Source: an uncultured Pelagibacteraceae bacterium
Lineage (GTDB): Bacteria; Pseudomonadota; Alphaproteobacteria; Pelagibacterales; Pelagibacteraceae
Length of the DNA: 64,000 nt
Assembly (NCBI GenBank): GCA_902600635.1
Contig: CACKKE010000001.1
Span: 15,194-79,193 of the forward strand
Reading direction: 5' to 3'
A model generated the notes under the pieces. It searched no databases and was not told the DNA's origin. It was given only the letters and a program-made list of their open reading frames with translations. Shown here in pieces: positions 29,301 through 41,256 of this stretch; the stretch's first letter is position 1; each line of letters starts with the position of its first letter. The position numbers were made by a program, and so were the translations under genes.

Positions 29301-30899
29301 GTAACAAAGGAAATTGCAAGACTACGACATTCCACACCAGGAGTAACGCTAATTTCTCCACCTCCACACCACGATATTTACTCGATAGAAGATTTGGCAC
29401 AACTGATTTATGATTTGAAGCAAACAAATCCAAAAGCACGAGTTGGCGTTAAGTTAGTTGCATCATCAGGAATCGGGACTATCGCTGCAGGTGTAGCTAA
29501 AGCGAAAGCAGATATTATTTTAATTTCGGGTCATAATGGAGGAACAGGCGCAACTCCTCAAACAAGTGTCAAATATGTTGGAATACCTTGGGAGATGGGT
29601 CTCACAGAGGCAAATCAGGTTTTAACATTAAACAATTTAAGACACAAAGTTACATTGAGAACTGATGGTGGTATTAAAACTGGAAGAGATGTTGTTATTG
29701 CTGCAATGATGGGAGCAGAAGAATATGGAGTTGCTACAACAGCTCTAGTAGCAATGGGATGTATAATGGTAAGACAGTGCCACTCAAATACTTGTCCAGT
29801 AGGTGTTTGTACACAAGATGAAAAATTAAGAGAAAAATTTACCGGTACTCCAGACAAGGTTGTAAATTTATTTACTTTTATTGCATCTGAAGTAAGAGAA
29901 ATTTTAGCCAAATTAGGTTTTAAATCATTAAATGATATTATTGGAAGAACTGATTTATTAATGCAAGTTAATAAAGCTTCACCAAATTTAGATGATTTGG
30001 ATTTAAATCCTTTATTTGTTCAGGCAGACCCAGGAAACAATAAAAGATACTGCGAGTCGTTGGAGATCAATAAAGTACCAGAAACATTAGACCAGGAAAT
30101 TTGGCCAGAAATAGAAAAATCTTTAGATAATTCAGAAAAAGTTGAGAAAGAATTTATTATTAAAAATACAAACAGGGCAGTTGGTACAAGAATTTCACAT
30201 CATCTTTACAAAAAGTATGGTTACGAAAAACTTGATGAAAATTTTCTTACATTAAATTTCAAAGGCTCTGCGGGTCAGTCATTTGGTGCTTTTTCATCAA
30301 AAGGACTAAAATTAAATCTTAAAGGTGATGCAAATGATTATGTTGGCAAGGGATTATCAGGCGCTACAATCTCGATAAAACTTTCGGATGAAAGTAATTT
30401 AATCTCTAATGAAAATACAATCATCGGAAATACAGTTCTGTATGGAGCTACTTCAGGCAAACTTTTTGCTGCAGGTCAAGCAGGTGATAGATTTGCTGTA
30501 AGAAATTCTGGTGCAACTACAGTTATTGAGGGTTGTGACTCAAATGGTTGTGAGTATATGACTGGAGGAACAGTGATCATTTTAGGAAATGTCGGTGACA
30601 ACTTTGCAGCTGGCATGACTGGAGGCATGGCATTTATCTATGATAAATTTAATGAGTTTGAAAAAAAAGTTAATCCAGACTCAGTTGTTTGGCAAAATGT
30701 TGAAACAGATTATTGGACAAGTTATTTAAAAGAATTAATTTTAGAACATTCAAAGGAGACAGGATCGTTGATATCAAAAGATATTTTTGAGAACTTTGAA
30801 GTTGAAATTAAAAATTTCATTCAGGTTTGTCCAAAAGAGATGATTAATAAACTCAAAAATCCAATTACATTTAAGTCTAAGATTAAAGAGGTTAGTTAA
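26394..30899 (+). CDS. gltB: Glutamate synthase large subunit
   Basis: HDACGVG N-terminal nucleophile, GSMSHGALS, AQGAKPGEGG. Start reassigned to ATG 26394, overlapping the gltD TGA. Confidence 0.96.
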   Translation: MENYKKNLELLTKNHVYSKEMEHDACGVGLIASTEGKKSRAIVEYGIEALKAVWHRGAVDADGKTGDGAGIHVEIPKDFFIEKIQVTGHDYDNSEICVGMIFLPRNDYSAQESCKTIVESELTKNNFSIYGWRQVPVNSKVLGEKALQTMPEIIQVLFKPNDPNLLDKNLERKIYETRKRIENKAFDASLNNFYICSISSKSIIYKGLYLAESLSDFYLDLRDSRFISRYAIFHQRFSTNTAPSWSLAQPFRAIAHNGEINTYKGNKNWMKVHEQEMSSPLFEDIENLKPVIQKGVSDSAALDNVFELLNKSGQSAPLAKLMLVPDAWSKKNKTLSKSHQQLFNFLNSTMEPWDGPAAIAATDNEWVIAANDRNGLRPLRYAITKDKMIFAGSETGMIDLNEKKILTKGRLGPGEIIGVRIEKGKVFSNSQIKDYLAKEFKHFNSQIIDLDEKLSISNEKHNFDGESLRRRQYTFGISLEDLELILHPMAEDAKEATGSMGDDTPLAVLSDKYRPLYHFFRQNFSQVTNPPIDSLRENKVMSLKTRFGNLGNILDFDTLTKENIYVLNSPILSNSQFNKFTNFFGKNSVTIDCSFSQDDNLENSINRIQKESEIAVRQGITQLILSDKNLSSERLPMPMLLCVGAINTFLIQKKLRGYVSINVQSGETIDTHSFATLIGVGATTVNPYLAFDSLYQRYEKKLFGQFSFDECVQRYINSVNAGLLKIMSKMGISVLSSYRGGCNFETVGLSRTVVNEYFPGVTSKISGIGLVGIEKKIREIHKEAFESTETILPIGGIYRYRKNGETHQYQGKLIHLLQSAVGSNSYEAYKKYADGIYSLPPINLRDLVDFRKKKLGPSINLSEVEPIEKILKRFGSGSMSHGALSKEAHETLAIGMNRIKGASCSGEGGEDAERFKVMDSGDSANSRVKQIASARFGVTVNYLNNCNEIEIKMAQGAKPGEGGQLPGFKVTKEIARLRHSTPGVTLISPPPHHDIYSIEDLAQLIYDLKQTNPKARVGVKLVASSGIGTIAAGVAKAKADIILISGHNGGTGATPQTSVKYVGIPWEMGLTEANQVLTLNNLRHKVTLRTDGGIKTGRDVVIAAMMGAEEYGVATTALVAMGCIMVRQCHSNTCPVGVCTQDEKLREKFTGTPDKVVNLFTFIASEVREILAKLGFKSLNDIIGRTDLLMQVNKASPNLDDLDLNPLFVQADPGNNKRYCESLEINKVPETLDQEIWPEIEKSLDNSEKVEKEFIIKNTNRAVGTRISHHLYKKYGYEKLDENFLTLNFKGSAGQSFGAFSSKGLKLNLKGDANDYVGKGLSGATISIKLSDESNLISNENTIIGNTVLYGATSGKLFAAGQAGDRFAVRNSGATTVIEGCDSNGCEYMTGGTVIILGNVGDNFAAGMTGGMAFIYDKFNEFEKKVNPDSVVWQNVETDYWTSYLKELILEHSKETGSLISKDIFENFEVEIKNFIQVCPKEMINKLKNPITFKSKIKEVS

Positions 30900-31638
30900 T
30901 TAAAATTTTTAACTCTTTTTTTAACATGCTTAACCATTTAGGTGAAGATAAGCTGTGATCACCTTTTTTAATGATAACTAATTTTTTTTTAGAATTTATG
31001 AAAATTTTTAAAATCTTTTTTGAATAACTAACAGGGACAGACTCATCCTTTTGTCCATGAACCATAGTAACTTTTAATTTATCGTAAATTTTTTTATGAA
31101 ATACTTTATTTTTTCGGCCGTCCTTAATTAATTGTAAAGAAATTGGATATTCATAATTTCCATGCTTTATATTAATAATTCCATTTTTTTTTATTTCTTT
31201 TTTCATTTCTTTTGAAAATTTATTCCACATTAAACCTTCTAAAAATTGAGGCGCAGAACCAATTCCTAAAAAACCTACTATTTGTTTTTTAAAAAATTTA
31301 AACTGATTTAAAGAGATCCAAGCACCCATACTTGAACCAACTAATATGATTTTATTTTTTTTGACAATTTTTTTTATTAATATAGTCGTTTCTTTAGTCC
31401 ATTTTGAGATATTTCCATTAGTAAATTGACCAGATGATTTACCATGACCAGAATATTCTAGTGCGAGAAAACCAAGTTTATTTTTTTTTGCAAAATTTAA
31501 AAATGCTTTAGGTTTTTTTCCCTCTAAATCAGACATAAATCCATGTAAAAAAACAATATAAGTTGTATTTTTTTGGTAATTTTTTAAATATCTAATCTTT
31601 TTAGAATTATTTATTTTTAAGTAATTGAATTTACTCAT
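30892..31638 (-). CDS. Alpha/beta hydrolase
   Basis: HGFMSD, YSGHGKS, GSSMG, GDH. Confidence 0.85.
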   Translation of the reverse strand: MSKFNYLKINNSKKIRYLKNYQKNTTYIVFLHGFMSDLEGKKPKAFLNFAKKNKLGFLALEYSGHGKSSGQFTNGNISKWTKETTILIKKIVKKNKIILVGSSMGAWISLNQFKFFKKQIVGFLGIGSAPQFLEGLMWNKFSKEMKKEIKKNGIINIKHGNYEYPISLQLIKDGRKNKVFHKKIYDKLKVTMVHGQKDESVPVSYSKKILKIFINSKKKLVIIKKGDHSLSSPKWLSMLKKELKILIN

Positions 31639-31680
31639 AAAAGTTTATTAGTTATCTCTATTATTATATAATCTTAATGC

Positions 31681-32835
31681 ATGTCGTCTAATATAAAAGT
31701 CTTACAGGTAATACCAAAACTAGGTTACGGAGGGGCAGAAACTGGATGTTATGATATTGCTCATTATTTAACAGAAAATGGCTGTGAGTCTTTTATAGTA
31801 ACTAGTGGAGGGGAATTAACAAAATTTGTGGATAAAAAAAAAGTAAAATTAATTAAACTTCCAGTACACAGTAAAAACCCATTATTAATTTTAATTAATA
31901 CAATTTTATTAATTGGGATAATCTTATTTTTTAAGATCTCAATTGTTCACGCAAGAAGTAGAGCACCAGCTTGGTCTTGTTTATTTGCAACAAAGTTAAC
32001 AAATAGAAAGTTTGTAACCACATTTCATGGAACTTACAATTTTAGCGGTAAAATTAAAAAATTTTATAATTCTGTCATGGTAAGATCTGATTTGATAATT
32101 GCGGGATCAAATTTTATTTTTTCTCATATTAAAGAAAACTATTCTGAATTTTTGACAAGCCAAAAAAAATTTTTAGTTATTTTTAGAGGAATAAATGTTG
32201 ATTATTTTGACTCTTCTACAAAATTAGAAAATGATGAAAAAAATTTACTTCAAAAATGGAATATAAATGATGAAAAAAAAATAATTCTAATGCCCGGTAG
32301 GCTTACTTCATGGAAAGGACAAGAATTATTTATTGAGGCAATTAACTTAGTTAAAATTGAATTAGGTTATGAAGCTTTTCACGCGGTTATACTTGGAAAT
32401 GATCAAGGAAGAGATCTATATAAAAAAAAATTAATTCGTCTTACAGAGCAATATCGTTTAACAAACCAAATAAAATTTATAGATCACTGTGAGGATATGG
32501 CGTTAGCCTATAAAGTTTCTGATATAATTGTATCAGCCTCAATAGAACCAGAAGCTTTTGGAAGGGTAGCAGTTGAGGCGCAATCAATGGAAAAATTAAT
32601 TATAGCTAGTAATATTGGAGGATCTAACGAGACAATTAATGATGAAAAAACAGGCTTTTTATTTAAATCAGGAGACGCAGAGTCTTTAAGTAAAAAAATA
32701 ATTCGTGGATTAACAATGGATGAAACATCTATGAATCTAATGGGCAAAGAAGGAAGGAGTAATATAATTAAAAAATTTAATGTTGAAAAAATGTGTTTTT
32801 CTACATATTCAGAGTATAAAAGACTATTAAACTAA
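31681..32835 (+). CDS. Glycosyltransferase family 4
   Basis: GGAETG, HARSRAPAW, EAFGRVAVEA. Confidence 0.9.
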   Translation: MSSNIKVLQVIPKLGYGGAETGCYDIAHYLTENGCESFIVTSGGELTKFVDKKKVKLIKLPVHSKNPLLILINTILLIGIILFFKISIVHARSRAPAWSCLFATKLTNRKFVTTFHGTYNFSGKIKKFYNSVMVRSDLIIAGSNFIFSHIKENYSEFLTSQKKFLVIFRGINVDYFDSSTKLENDEKNLLQKWNINDEKKIILMPGRLTSWKGQELFIEAINLVKIELGYEAFHAVILGNDQGRDLYKKKLIRLTEQYRLTNQIKFIDHCEDMALAYKVSDIIVSASIEPEAFGRVAVEAQSMEKLIIASNIGGSNETINDEKTGFLFKSGDAESLSKKIIRGLTMDETSMNLMGKEGRSNIIKKFNVEKMCFSTYSEYKRLLN

Positions 32836-34755
32836 ATGCCTATAATTACACTACCAGATGGAAAAAATATTGAATTCCCAAAAGAAGTTACAGGTTTAGA
32901 TATTGCAGAAAAAATAAGTAAGTCATTATCAAAACAAGCATTGATAATGAGTGTGAACGGTGAGCTAAAAGATCTATATTTTTCAATTAAAAAAGATTGT
33001 TCAGTAAAAATTTTTACTGCAAAAGATCCCGAAGGTCTTGAAGTTATAAGGCATGACACTGCTCACATTATGGCGATGGCTGTTCAAGAATTATACCCTG
33101 GCACACAGGTAACTATAGGACCAGTAATTGAGAATGGTTTTTACTATGATTTTGCTCGGAAAGAACCTTTTACCAAGAATGATTTAGAAAAAATAGAAAA
33201 AAGAATGTCAGAAATAATTGACAAAGATGTAAAAACAAGAAGAGAGGTTTGGAAAAGAGATAAAGCAATAAGCCATTTCAAAAAAATTGGTGAAAAATAT
33301 AAAGCAGAGATAATAGAGAGTATACCTGAGGGCGAAGAACTAACTGTTTATCATCATGGTGATACATGGCATGATTTGTGTAGAGGTCCACACTTAGTTT
33401 CCTCTGGCAAAATTGGTAAGGCTTTTAAGCTTACAAAAGTTGCCGGAGCATATTGGCGTGGAGATTCAAATAATGAAATGTTACAAAGAATTTACGGAAC
33501 TGGCTGGGCCTCTCAAAAAGATTTAGATGATTATTTAAAAAGAATTGAGGAAGCAGAGAAAAGAGATCACAGAAAACTAGGTAAAGAAATGGATCTATTT
33601 CATTTTAGAGAGGAAAGCCCAGGATCTGTTTTTTGGCATGAGAAGGGTTGGGCGTTATTTCAAAAATTGATTAACTACATGCGGGCTCGCCAAGATGCGG
33701 CAGGATACAAGGAAGTAAATACCCCAGAGGTATTAGATAGATTATTGTGGGAAAAATCGGGACATTGGGAAAAATATGGAGAAAACATGTATACATCCGA
33801 AACTCCTGATGAAAAAGTTTTTGCGATAAAACCTATGAATTGTCCAGGTCATATACAAGTTTTTAATCAAGGTTTAAAAAGTTATAGAGACTTACCATTG
33901 AGAATAACAGAATTTGGCAAAGTACATCGATATGAGCCCTCAGGTGCTTTGCACGGACTTCTAAGAGTAAGGGCTTTTACACAAGATGATGCTCATATTT
34001 TTTGTTCGGAAGATCAAATCACTAGTGAGTGTTTAAATGTAACTAATTTAATTTTGGATATTTATAAAGATTTAGGTTTTGAAAAAGTGGTTTTGAAATA
34101 TGCTGACAGACCAGAAGTAAGAGTGGGCGAAGATAAAGTTTGGGATAAAGCTGAGGCTTCATTACTAGAGGCAGTAAAAGCAACTAAATTAGAATACAGC
34201 ATAAATAAGGGAGAAGGTGCCTTTTATGGTCCAAAAATAGAATTTGTTTTAAGAGATGCAATTGGTAGAGATTGGCAATGTGGAACAGTACAAGTAGATT
34301 TAAACTTACCTGGAAGATTAGATGCTACTTATGTTGACAAGGATGGAACAAAAAAAGTTCCAGTGATGTTACATAGAGCTTTGTTTGGATCACTTGAAAG
34401 ATTTATTGGAATTTTAATTGAGAATTATGCTGGTAAGTTTCCATTTTGGATATCTCCGTTACAAACAGTAGTAATTCCAATCTCAGAAGATTTTGAGGAA
34501 TATGCAAGTAAAGTTTCCAAAAAAATAAAAGAAGCTGGGATGAGTTCAATAGTTGATTTAAAAAATCATAATTTAAACTATAAAATAAGAGAACATTCCC
34601 TTGCAAAAGTCCCTATTTTGTTAATTTGTGGTAAAAAAGAAGTTGACAGTAACTCCGTAACTATTAGAAGATTGGATTCTAATAAACAAGAAAATATGGA
34701 ATTAAATAAATTTTTAAAAACATTTTCTGCTTTAAATAAAGCATCCTCAATTTAA
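32836..34755 (+). CDS. thrS: Threonyl-tRNA synthetase
   Basis: TGS domain, [20 protein letters not shown]. Confidence 0.97.
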   Translation: MPIITLPDGKNIEFPKEVTGLDIAEKISKSLSKQALIMSVNGELKDLYFSIKKDCSVKIFTAKDPEGLEVIRHDTAHIMAMAVQELYPGTQVTIGPVIENGFYYDFARKEPFTKNDLEKIEKRMSEIIDKDVKTRREVWKRDKAISHFKKIGEKYKAEIIESIPEGEELTVYHHGDTWHDLCRGPHLVSSGKIGKAFKLTKVAGAYWRGDSNNEMLQRIYGTGWASQKDLDDYLKRIEEAEKRDHRKLGKEMDLFHFREESPGSVFWHEKGWALFQKLINYMRARQDAAGYKEVNTPEVLDRLLWEKSGHWEKYGENMYTSETPDEKVFAIKPMNCPGHIQVFNQGLKSYRDLPLRITEFGKVHRYEPSGALHGLLRVRAFTQDDAHIFCSEDQITSECLNVTNLILDIYKDLGFEKVVLKYADRPEVRVGEDKVWDKAEASLLEAVKATKLEYSINKGEGAFYGPKIEFVLRDAIGRDWQCGTVQVDLNLPGRLDATYVDKDGTKKVPVMLHRALFGSLERFIGILIENYAGKFPFWISPLQTVVIPISEDFEEYASKVSKKIKEAGMSSIVDLKNHNLNYKIREHSLAKVPILLICGKKEVDSNSVTIRRLDSNKQENMELNKFLKTFSALNKASSI

Positions 34756-35301
34756 GTGGCAGATTTTAAGCAAAATTATTTTCAGAGAAGAACTAAAGAT
34801 CGAGGTCCAAGATCTAATAATAGAATTTCATCTCCAGAAGTTCAAGTTATAGGTAGTGACGGAGAAAATTTAGGTGTCATTGGCACAAACGAAGCAATAT
34901 CGATGGCGAGGAATCAAGGTTTAGATTTAATAGAAATAGCTCCAAATGCAAATCCACCAGTTTGTAAAATAATGGATATGGGAAAATATAAATACGATGC
35001 GCAAAAAAAAGCAAACCTTGCTAAAAAAAAACAAAAAATAATTGCATTAAAAGAAATTAAAATGAGGCCTGTAACTGAGACACATGATTACGAGTTTAAA
35101 GTAAAAAATGCAAAAAAATTTATTGCTAAAGGTGATAAAGTAAAATTTACAATAAGATTTAAAGGTAGAGAACTTCAGCACTCGCATTTAGGCAATGAGT
35201 TAATGACAAAGATCAAAGAGGATATGAAGGAAATTGGTAAGGTAGAATTGCATCCGAAGTTCGATGGAAAGCAAATGATAATGGTAATTCAGCCTTTATA
35301 A
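34756..35301 (+). CDS. infC: Translation initiation factor IF-3 (GTG start)
   Basis: PPVCKIMDMGKYKY, KEIKMRP, FKGRE. Confidence 0.95.
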   Translation: MADFKQNYFQRRTKDRGPRSNNRISSPEVQVIGSDGENLGVIGTNEAISMARNQGLDLIEIAPNANPPVCKIMDMGKYKYDAQKKANLAKKKQKIIALKEIKMRPVTETHDYEFKVKNAKKFIAKGDKVKFTIRFKGRELQHSHLGNELMTKIKEDMKEIGKVELHPKFDGKQMIMVIQPL

Positions 35302-35314
35302 GCTTTAATAGTAG

Positions 35315-35343
35315 TTGTAAATTAATAACATTCTTTGTATAAA
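35315..35343 (+). promoter_or_regulatory. Candidate sigma70 promoter of rpmI-rplT
   Basis: TTGTAA (35315-35320), 17-bp spacer, TATAAA (35338-35343), 11 nt before the ATG. Confidence 0.5.
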
Positions 35344-35354
35344 CTCGCAAAATT

Positions 35355-35561
35355 ATGCCAAAACTAAAAACAAAAAGCTCTGCAAAAAAAAGGTTCAAAA
35401 TATCTGCAAAAGGTAAAGTGATTATGGCCCAAGCCGGTAAAAGACATGGCATGATAAAAAGAACTAATTCTCAAATAAGAAAATTAAGAGGCACCACAAC
35501 TATGTCGAAACAAGACGGTAAAATTGTTAAGTCATATATGCCTTACAGTCTAAGGGGTTAA
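35355..35561 (+). CDS. rpmI: 50S ribosomal protein L35
   Basis: [15 protein letters not shown]. Confidence 0.96.
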   Translation: MPKLKTKSSAKKRFKISAKGKVIMAQAGKRHGMIKRTNSQIRKLRGTTTMSKQDGKIVKSYMPYSLRG

Positions 35562-35562
35562 T

Positions 35563-35919
35563 ATGGCAAGAGTCAAAAGAGGTGTAACTAGTAGAGCAAA
35601 ACATAAAAAAGTTTTAAAAGCTGTTAAAGGTCAGTGGGGTAGAAGAAAAAATACGATTAGAGTTGCAAAGCAAGCTATGGAAAAAGCTATGCAATATGCA
35701 TACAGAGATCGAAGAAATAAAAAAAGAGATTTTAAATCATTGTGGATACAAAGAATAAATGCTGGGGTTAGAGCAGAAGGTTTGACATATTCTAAGTTTA
35801 TTAATGGATTAAATAAATGTGGAATAAAAATTGATAGAAAAATTCTAGCTGAGATAGCCTATGATAGTCCAGAAGCCTTTAAAACTATCGTTCAAAAAGC
35901 TCAATCAGCTTTAAATTAA
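35563..35919 (+). CDS. rplT: 50S ribosomal protein L20
   Basis: [29 protein letters not shown]. Confidence 0.97.
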   Translation: MARVKRGVTSRAKHKKVLKAVKGQWGRRKNTIRVAKQAMEKAMQYAYRDRRNKKRDFKSLWIQRINAGVRAEGLTYSKFINGLNKCGIKIDRKILAEIAYDSPEAFKTIVQKAQSALN

Positions 35920-35962
35920 TCTTCGCTATTGTTTTATTTCTCTGAAGAAATAATCTGTAAAA

Positions 35963-37030
35963 ATGTCAGATCTTAAAAAAATAAAAGATGAATTTCTTTC
36001 AAAGCTTAGTGGAAAATTAGATATTTCAGAAATAAATAAAATTAAATCTGATCTATTTGGTAAAAGTGGATTAATTTCAACTCAATTTAAAAAGATTGGA
36101 ACAATTGCAGAGTCAGAGAGAAAAAAATTTGCCTCTGATTTAAATATAATTAAAGATGAACTCCAGGATTTAATAAATTCAAAAACAAATGAACTTGAAA
36201 GTGCTGAAATTAACGAGAAATTAGAAAAAGAAAAAATTGATATTACATTACCTGAAAGATCATTTGTTCGAGGAAAAATTCATCCAGTCTCACAAACGAT
36301 CGATGAAATATCATCAATTTTTTCCGAAATAGGTTTTAGCGTTGAAGAAGGACCAGACGTTGAGAATGAATATAATAATTTTACAGCGCTAAATACGCCA
36401 GAAAATCATCCTGCTAGGGATATGCATGATACGTTTTATCTAGATAAAAAAAAGCAGAAACTATTGCGAACACATACTTCTCCAGTTCAAATTAGAACTA
36501 TGTTGAAAGATCAGCCACCATTTAAAATAATTGCTCCTGGAAGAACTTACAGATCAGACAGTGACCAAACTCATTCACCAATGTTTCATCAAGTTGAGGG
36601 ACTTCATATAGACAAGAATATAAACATGGGTCATCTAAAGGGATGTTTAAATTATTTTATTAAAGAGTTTTTTGAGGTAGATAAAATTAAGATGAGATTT
36701 AGACCTAGTCATTTCCCTTTTACAGAACCATCTGCTGAAGTTGACATTGGATACGAGATGAAAGATGGAAAAATTATAATAGGAGAAGGAAATCAATGGC
36801 TAGAGATTTTAGGGTGTGGAATGGTTCATCCCAATGTTTTAAAAAATGTTAAAGTAGACCCATCAAAGTTTCAGGGATACGCATTTGGTATCGGAATAGA
36901 TAGACTTGCTATGCTGAAATATGGAATCAATGACTTAAGAGCTTTTTTTGATTGTGATTATCGATGGTTGAATCATTTTGGATTTGACCCATTGGATGTA
37001 CCTACAAATTATAGAGGTCTCAGTCGATGA
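35963..37030 (+). CDS. pheS: Phenylalanyl-tRNA synthetase alpha
   Basis: [27 protein letters not shown]. Confidence 0.97.
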   Translation: MSDLKKIKDEFLSKLSGKLDISEINKIKSDLFGKSGLISTQFKKIGTIAESERKKFASDLNIIKDELQDLINSKTNELESAEINEKLEKEKIDITLPERSFVRGKIHPVSQTIDEISSIFSEIGFSVEEGPDVENEYNNFTALNTPENHPARDMHDTFYLDKKKQKLLRTHTSPVQIRTMLKDQPPFKIIAPGRTYRSDSDQTHSPMFHQVEGLHIDKNINMGHLKGCLNYFIKEFFEVDKIKMRFRPSHFPFTEPSAEVDIGYEMKDGKIIIGEGNQWLEILGCGMVHPNVLKNVKVDPSKFQGYAFGIGIDRLAMLKYGINDLRAFFDCDYRWLNHFGFDPLDVPTNYRGLSR

Positions 37031-39432
37031 TAATAACATTTGATTGGTTAAAAGATCATCTAAAGACGAATCTAAAAGAAAAAAACCTTTTAGAGCAACT
37101 TACCAATATTGGTCTAGAAGTAGAGAGTGTAAAAAGTCTTTCTGGTGATAATGAATTATTCAAAGTAGCTGAAATTATAAAAACTGAAAAACATCCAAAT
37201 GCAGATCGACTTAAAGTTTGTGACGTAAATATTGGAGAGAATGAAATTAAAAAAGTTGTATGTGGTGCAGAAAATGCAAAAGAGGGATTGCTTACTATAT
37301 ATGCTCCTCCAGGTGCAATTATCCCTAAAACCAAGACAAAATTAGTAGTCGCTAAAATAAGAGGTGTTACTTCTTATGGAATGCTTTGTTCAGAGTCTGA
37401 ATTGAATCTGTCTGATGAAAGCGATGGGATTACTGAATTGTCTAAGGAATTTAGAAAAAATATTGGTAAAAGTTATTTTTCAAAATCAAAATCAAATCTT
37501 ATTGATCTATCCATAACACCTAATAGACCAGACTGTCTTGGAGTTAGGGGAATAGCTAGAGATCTAGCTGCATCAGGTTTCGGAAAGTTAGTAGATTTAG
37601 GGGAAAAAAAAATTCATTCAAAAAATAGACACACCTTAAAAGTAAAAATTAATAAGGAAAGAGGCCAAGGATGTACCGCGTTTGGAAGCTGTTTGATAAC
37701 AAATGTGAAAAATTCTGAAAGTCCTAAATGGCTTAAGGATAAATTAATTTCTATTGGTCAAAAACCAATCTCAGCAATAGTTGACATTACAAACTATGTC
37801 ATGCTCGATATTAATCGACCATTACATGCTTATGATGCTGATAAAATTGAAAAGGGTATAATTGTTCGAAATTCTAAGTCTGGAGAAGAGTTTACAGCAC
37901 TTGATAATAAAAATTATAAACTGGAGAGTGGCATGTGTGTTATTAGCGACAAAAAAGGTGTTTTAGGGCTTGGGGGAATTATTGGTGGTACAAGATCTGG
38001 TACAGAATTTAATACAAAAAATATATTGCTTGAGTCAGCTTATTTTGAACCGGGATCAATAAGAAATACAGCAAAAAAATTAAATCTTGATACCGATGCA
38101 AAGTTTAGATTCGAAAGAGGTATAGATCCGTTATCAATCGAAGATGGTTTAAATAAAGCTGCAAAATTAATAAAAGAGATTTGTGGTGGTGAAATTAGCA
38201 AAATTGATATTCAAAAAATAGAAACTTATAAAACAAAAAAGATTAAATTTGACCCAAATATTTTTGAAAAAATATCTGGTTTTAAAATTTCTTTAAAAGA
38301 AATGGTTAAAATTTTAGTGGATCTTGGTTTTGAAGTAAAAAAGGATAAGGAAAGACTCGAATTAACTGTTCCTTCATGGAGACCAGATATTTCACAGGGA
38401 GTAGATATCGTTGAGGAGTTGGTTAGAATAAGTGGTTATGAAAAGATAAAGTTTATAGAGCCAATTAAACAAAGAAAAAAATCTACTTTAAATAAATATC
38501 AGAAATTATTTCATTTTTTACAAAGATCAGTTGCATCCAAAGGTTATTTGGAGGCAATAACTTGGTCGTTTACAGACAAACATTATAATGATTATTTTAG
38601 AGATATAAAAAAAGAGATAAAAATTATTAATCCTATTAGTTCAGAATTAGGAGTTTTAAGGAATTCAATTTTTTCAAATTTAATATTATATATTAATAAA
38701 AATCTCGACAGAGGTTTTAAAGATTTATCAATATTTGAAATAGGGCCTATTTTTAATGGTTCTAATCCCGGTGAACAAAACACGGTAGTTTGTGGTTTGT
38801 CAGCAGGTAAAAAATCTAGATTATCTTGGATTGAAAAAGATAGAAACGTAGATGTATTTGATGTGAAAAGAGATGTTGTTCAAACTTTAGTTGAAGCAGG
38901 TTATAATTCTGAAAAATTTTTTATCGATAATGAAACACCCAATTATTATCACCCTGGCAAATCAGGAAGATTATTTTTAAATAATAAAAAAAATCAAATA
39001 GCTGCATATTTTGGAGAAATTCATCCAAATATTTTAAAACAAATTGATATTAAAACAGAGTCTTTAGTTGGTTTTGAGATCTTTATGGAAAATTTAGAAT
39101 TACCCAAGAAAACCCTTAAAGATCTAAAATTAAAATTTTCATTTTCAGATTATCAAAAATCTGAGAGAGATTTCGCATTTATCGTAAACAAAGAGGTAAA
39201 AGCCCAAGATTTAATAGATACTATTTCAAATGTAGACGAAAGTTTAATAAAAGATATTAAAGTTTTTGATGTTTATGAGGGTGATAATATTCCTGAAAAT
39301 CAGAAATCGATAGCAATAAGTGTAACGATACAATCATCTGAAAGAACTTTAAATGAGAATGATTTAGAAAAAATTAATAATTTGATAATCAAGACTGTTG
39401 AAGATAAAACTGGCGCAAAAATTCGATCTTAA
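37027..39432 (+). CDS. pheT: Phenylalanyl-tRNA synthetase beta
   Basis: [27 protein letters not shown]-terminus. Confidence 0.96.
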   Translation: MIITFDWLKDHLKTNLKEKNLLEQLTNIGLEVESVKSLSGDNELFKVAEIIKTEKHPNADRLKVCDVNIGENEIKKVVCGAENAKEGLLTIYAPPGAIIPKTKTKLVVAKIRGVTSYGMLCSESELNLSDESDGITELSKEFRKNIGKSYFSKSKSNLIDLSITPNRPDCLGVRGIARDLAASGFGKLVDLGEKKIHSKNRHTLKVKINKERGQGCTAFGSCLITNVKNSESPKWLKDKLISIGQKPISAIVDITNYVMLDINRPLHAYDADKIEKGIIVRNSKSGEEFTALDNKNYKLESGMCVISDKKGVLGLGGIIGGTRSGTEFNTKNILLESAYFEPGSIRNTAKKLNLDTDAKFRFERGIDPLSIEDGLNKAAKLIKEICGGEISKIDIQKIETYKTKKIKFDPNIFEKISGFKISLKEMVKILVDLGFEVKKDKERLELTVPSWRPDISQGVDIVEELVRISGYEKIKFIEPIKQRKKSTLNKYQKLFHFLQRSVASKGYLEAITWSFTDKHYNDYFRDIKKEIKIINPISSELGVLRNSIFSNLILYINKNLDRGFKDLSIFEIGPIFNGSNPGEQNTVVCGLSAGKKSRLSWIEKDRNVDVFDVKRDVVQTLVEAGYNSEKFFIDNETPNYYHPGKSGRLFLNNKKNQIAAYFGEIHPNILKQIDIKTESLVGFEIFMENLELPKKTLKDLKLKFSFSDYQKSERDFAFIVNKEVKAQDLIDTISNVDESLIKDIKVFDVYEGDNIPENQKSIAISVTIQSSERTLNENDLEKINNLIIKTVEDKTGAKIRS

Positions 39433-39439
39433 TATTTAA

Positions 39440-41248
39440 ATGAACACTATCGACAATATAAGAAATTTTTCAATAATTGCGCACATTGATCATGGTAAAT
39501 CAACGATTGCAGACAGGATAATTCACAAATGTGGTGGTTTAACAGAAAGAGAAATGAAAGCTCAAGTTTTAGACTCTATGGATATTGAAAGAGAGAGAGG
39601 AATTACAATTAAAGCCCAAACAGTTAAACTAAATTATAAAGCCAAAAATGGAAAAGAATACATATTGAATATAATAGATACCCCAGGACATGTTGATTTT
39701 AGCTATGAAGTCAGCAGATCACTTTATGCATGTGAGGGCTCCATACTTATTGTTGACAGTACCCAAGGTGTTGAAGCACAAACATTAGCCAACGTTTATC
39801 AAGCTTTAGATATAAATCATGAAATAATTCCAGTCTTAAATAAAATTGATTTACCAGCATCAGACTTAGAGAGAACCAGTAAACAAATTGAGGATGTAAT
39901 CGGTATTGATACTGAAAATGCCATTCCTTGTTCTGGAAAAACTGGAGAGGGTATTGATGAGATATTGGAACAAATAATAACCCAATTACCAGGACCAAAA
40001 GGGAATTTAGAACAAGATTTAAAATGTTTATTGGTAGACAGTTGGTACGATACATACCTTGGGGTTGTAATATTAGTAAGAGTTATTAATGGAAAAATTA
40101 TTAAAAATATGAAAATTAAGATGTTATCAACCAATCAAGATTATATTGTCGAAAAGGTTGGTGTATTCACACCCAAAGCTAAAGATATAAATGAATTAAA
40201 TGCAGGTGAAATTGGTTTTATTACAACAGGAATAAAAGTTTTATCAGAAACAAAAGTTGGGGACACTATTTGTGATGCTTCAAAACCAACAGTTCAGGCA
40301 CTACCAGGATTTAAACCTAGTAAACCTGTAGTATTTTGTGGTTTATTTCCCGTTGATAGTTCGGAATATCAAAAACTTAAAGATGGCCTGGCAAAACTAC
40401 AGTTGAACGATGCAAGTTTTTCCTTTGAGGCTGAATCATCATCTGCCTTAGGTTTAGGATTTAGATGTGGATTTTTAGGTTTACTACATCTTGAAATAAT
40501 TACCGAAAGACTCGAGAGAGAATTTGATGTTAATTTACTTACAACAACACCAGGAGTTGTTTATAAAGTTCATTTAAATAATGGTGATGTAATTGACTTG
40601 CAGAATCCATCCAGTCTTCCAGATCCGACATTTATAAAATTTATTGAAGAACCTTGGATCAAAGCAACAATAATTACTCCTGATGAGTATTTAGGATCAA
40701 TTATAAAACTATGTCAGGATAAAAGAGGAATACAAACTAATCTAAGTTATTCTGGTAATAGGGCAGTACTAAACTATGAACTACCTTTAAATGAGGTAGT
40801 ATTTGATTTTAATGATCGAATTAAATCTATGACGAGTGGTTACGCAAGTTTTGATTATGAAATTATTGCTCATAGAGAAGGTGATTTAGTCAAATTGGGT
40901 ATATTGGTTAACAGCGAGCCAGTAGATGCCTTAGCAATGATGATACATAAAGATTTTGCTCAAAGAACTGGAAGAGATGTTTGTGAAAAGTTAAAAGACT
41001 TGATTCCAAGACATAATTTTATGATACCGGTTCAAGCAGCGATTGGAGGAAAAATAATTGCCCGTGAAACAATAAAAGGGTTTAAGAAAGATGTTTTAAC
41101 AAAAATTCATGGAGGTGGAGCAACGGATAGAAAAAGGAAATTATTAGAAAAACAAAAAAAGGGTAAAGCTCGCTCAAAACAGTTCGGAAGAGTGGAGATA
41201 CCCCAAGAGGCATTCATTGGTGTATTAAAGATAAACAAAGAAAATTAA
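39440..41248 (+). CDS. lepA: Elongation factor 4
   Basis: [36 protein letters not shown]. Confidence 0.97.
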   Translation: MNTIDNIRNFSIIAHIDHGKSTIADRIIHKCGGLTEREMKAQVLDSMDIERERGITIKAQTVKLNYKAKNGKEYILNIIDTPGHVDFSYEVSRSLYACEGSILIVDSTQGVEAQTLANVYQALDINHEIIPVLNKIDLPASDLERTSKQIEDVIGIDTENAIPCSGKTGEGIDEILEQIITQLPGPKGNLEQDLKCLLVDSWYDTYLGVVILVRVINGKIIKNMKIKMLSTNQDYIVEKVGVFTPKAKDINELNAGEIGFITTGIKVLSETKVGDTICDASKPTVQALPGFKPSKPVVFCGLFPVDSSEYQKLKDGLAKLQLNDASFSFEAESSSALGLGFRCGFLGLLHLEIITERLEREFDVNLLTTTPGVVYKVHLNNGDVIDLQNPSSLPDPTFIKFIEEPWIKATIITPDEYLGSIIKLCQDKRGIQTNLSYSGNRAVLNYELPLNEVVFDFNDRIKSMTSGYASFDYEIIAHREGDLVKLGILVNSEPVDALAMMIHKDFAQRTGRDVCEKLKDLIPRHNFMIPVQAAIGGKIIARETIKGFKKDVLTKIHGGGATDRKRKLLEKQKKGKARSKQFGRVEIPQEAFIGVLKINKEN

Positions 41249-41256
41249 TTTTGAAA

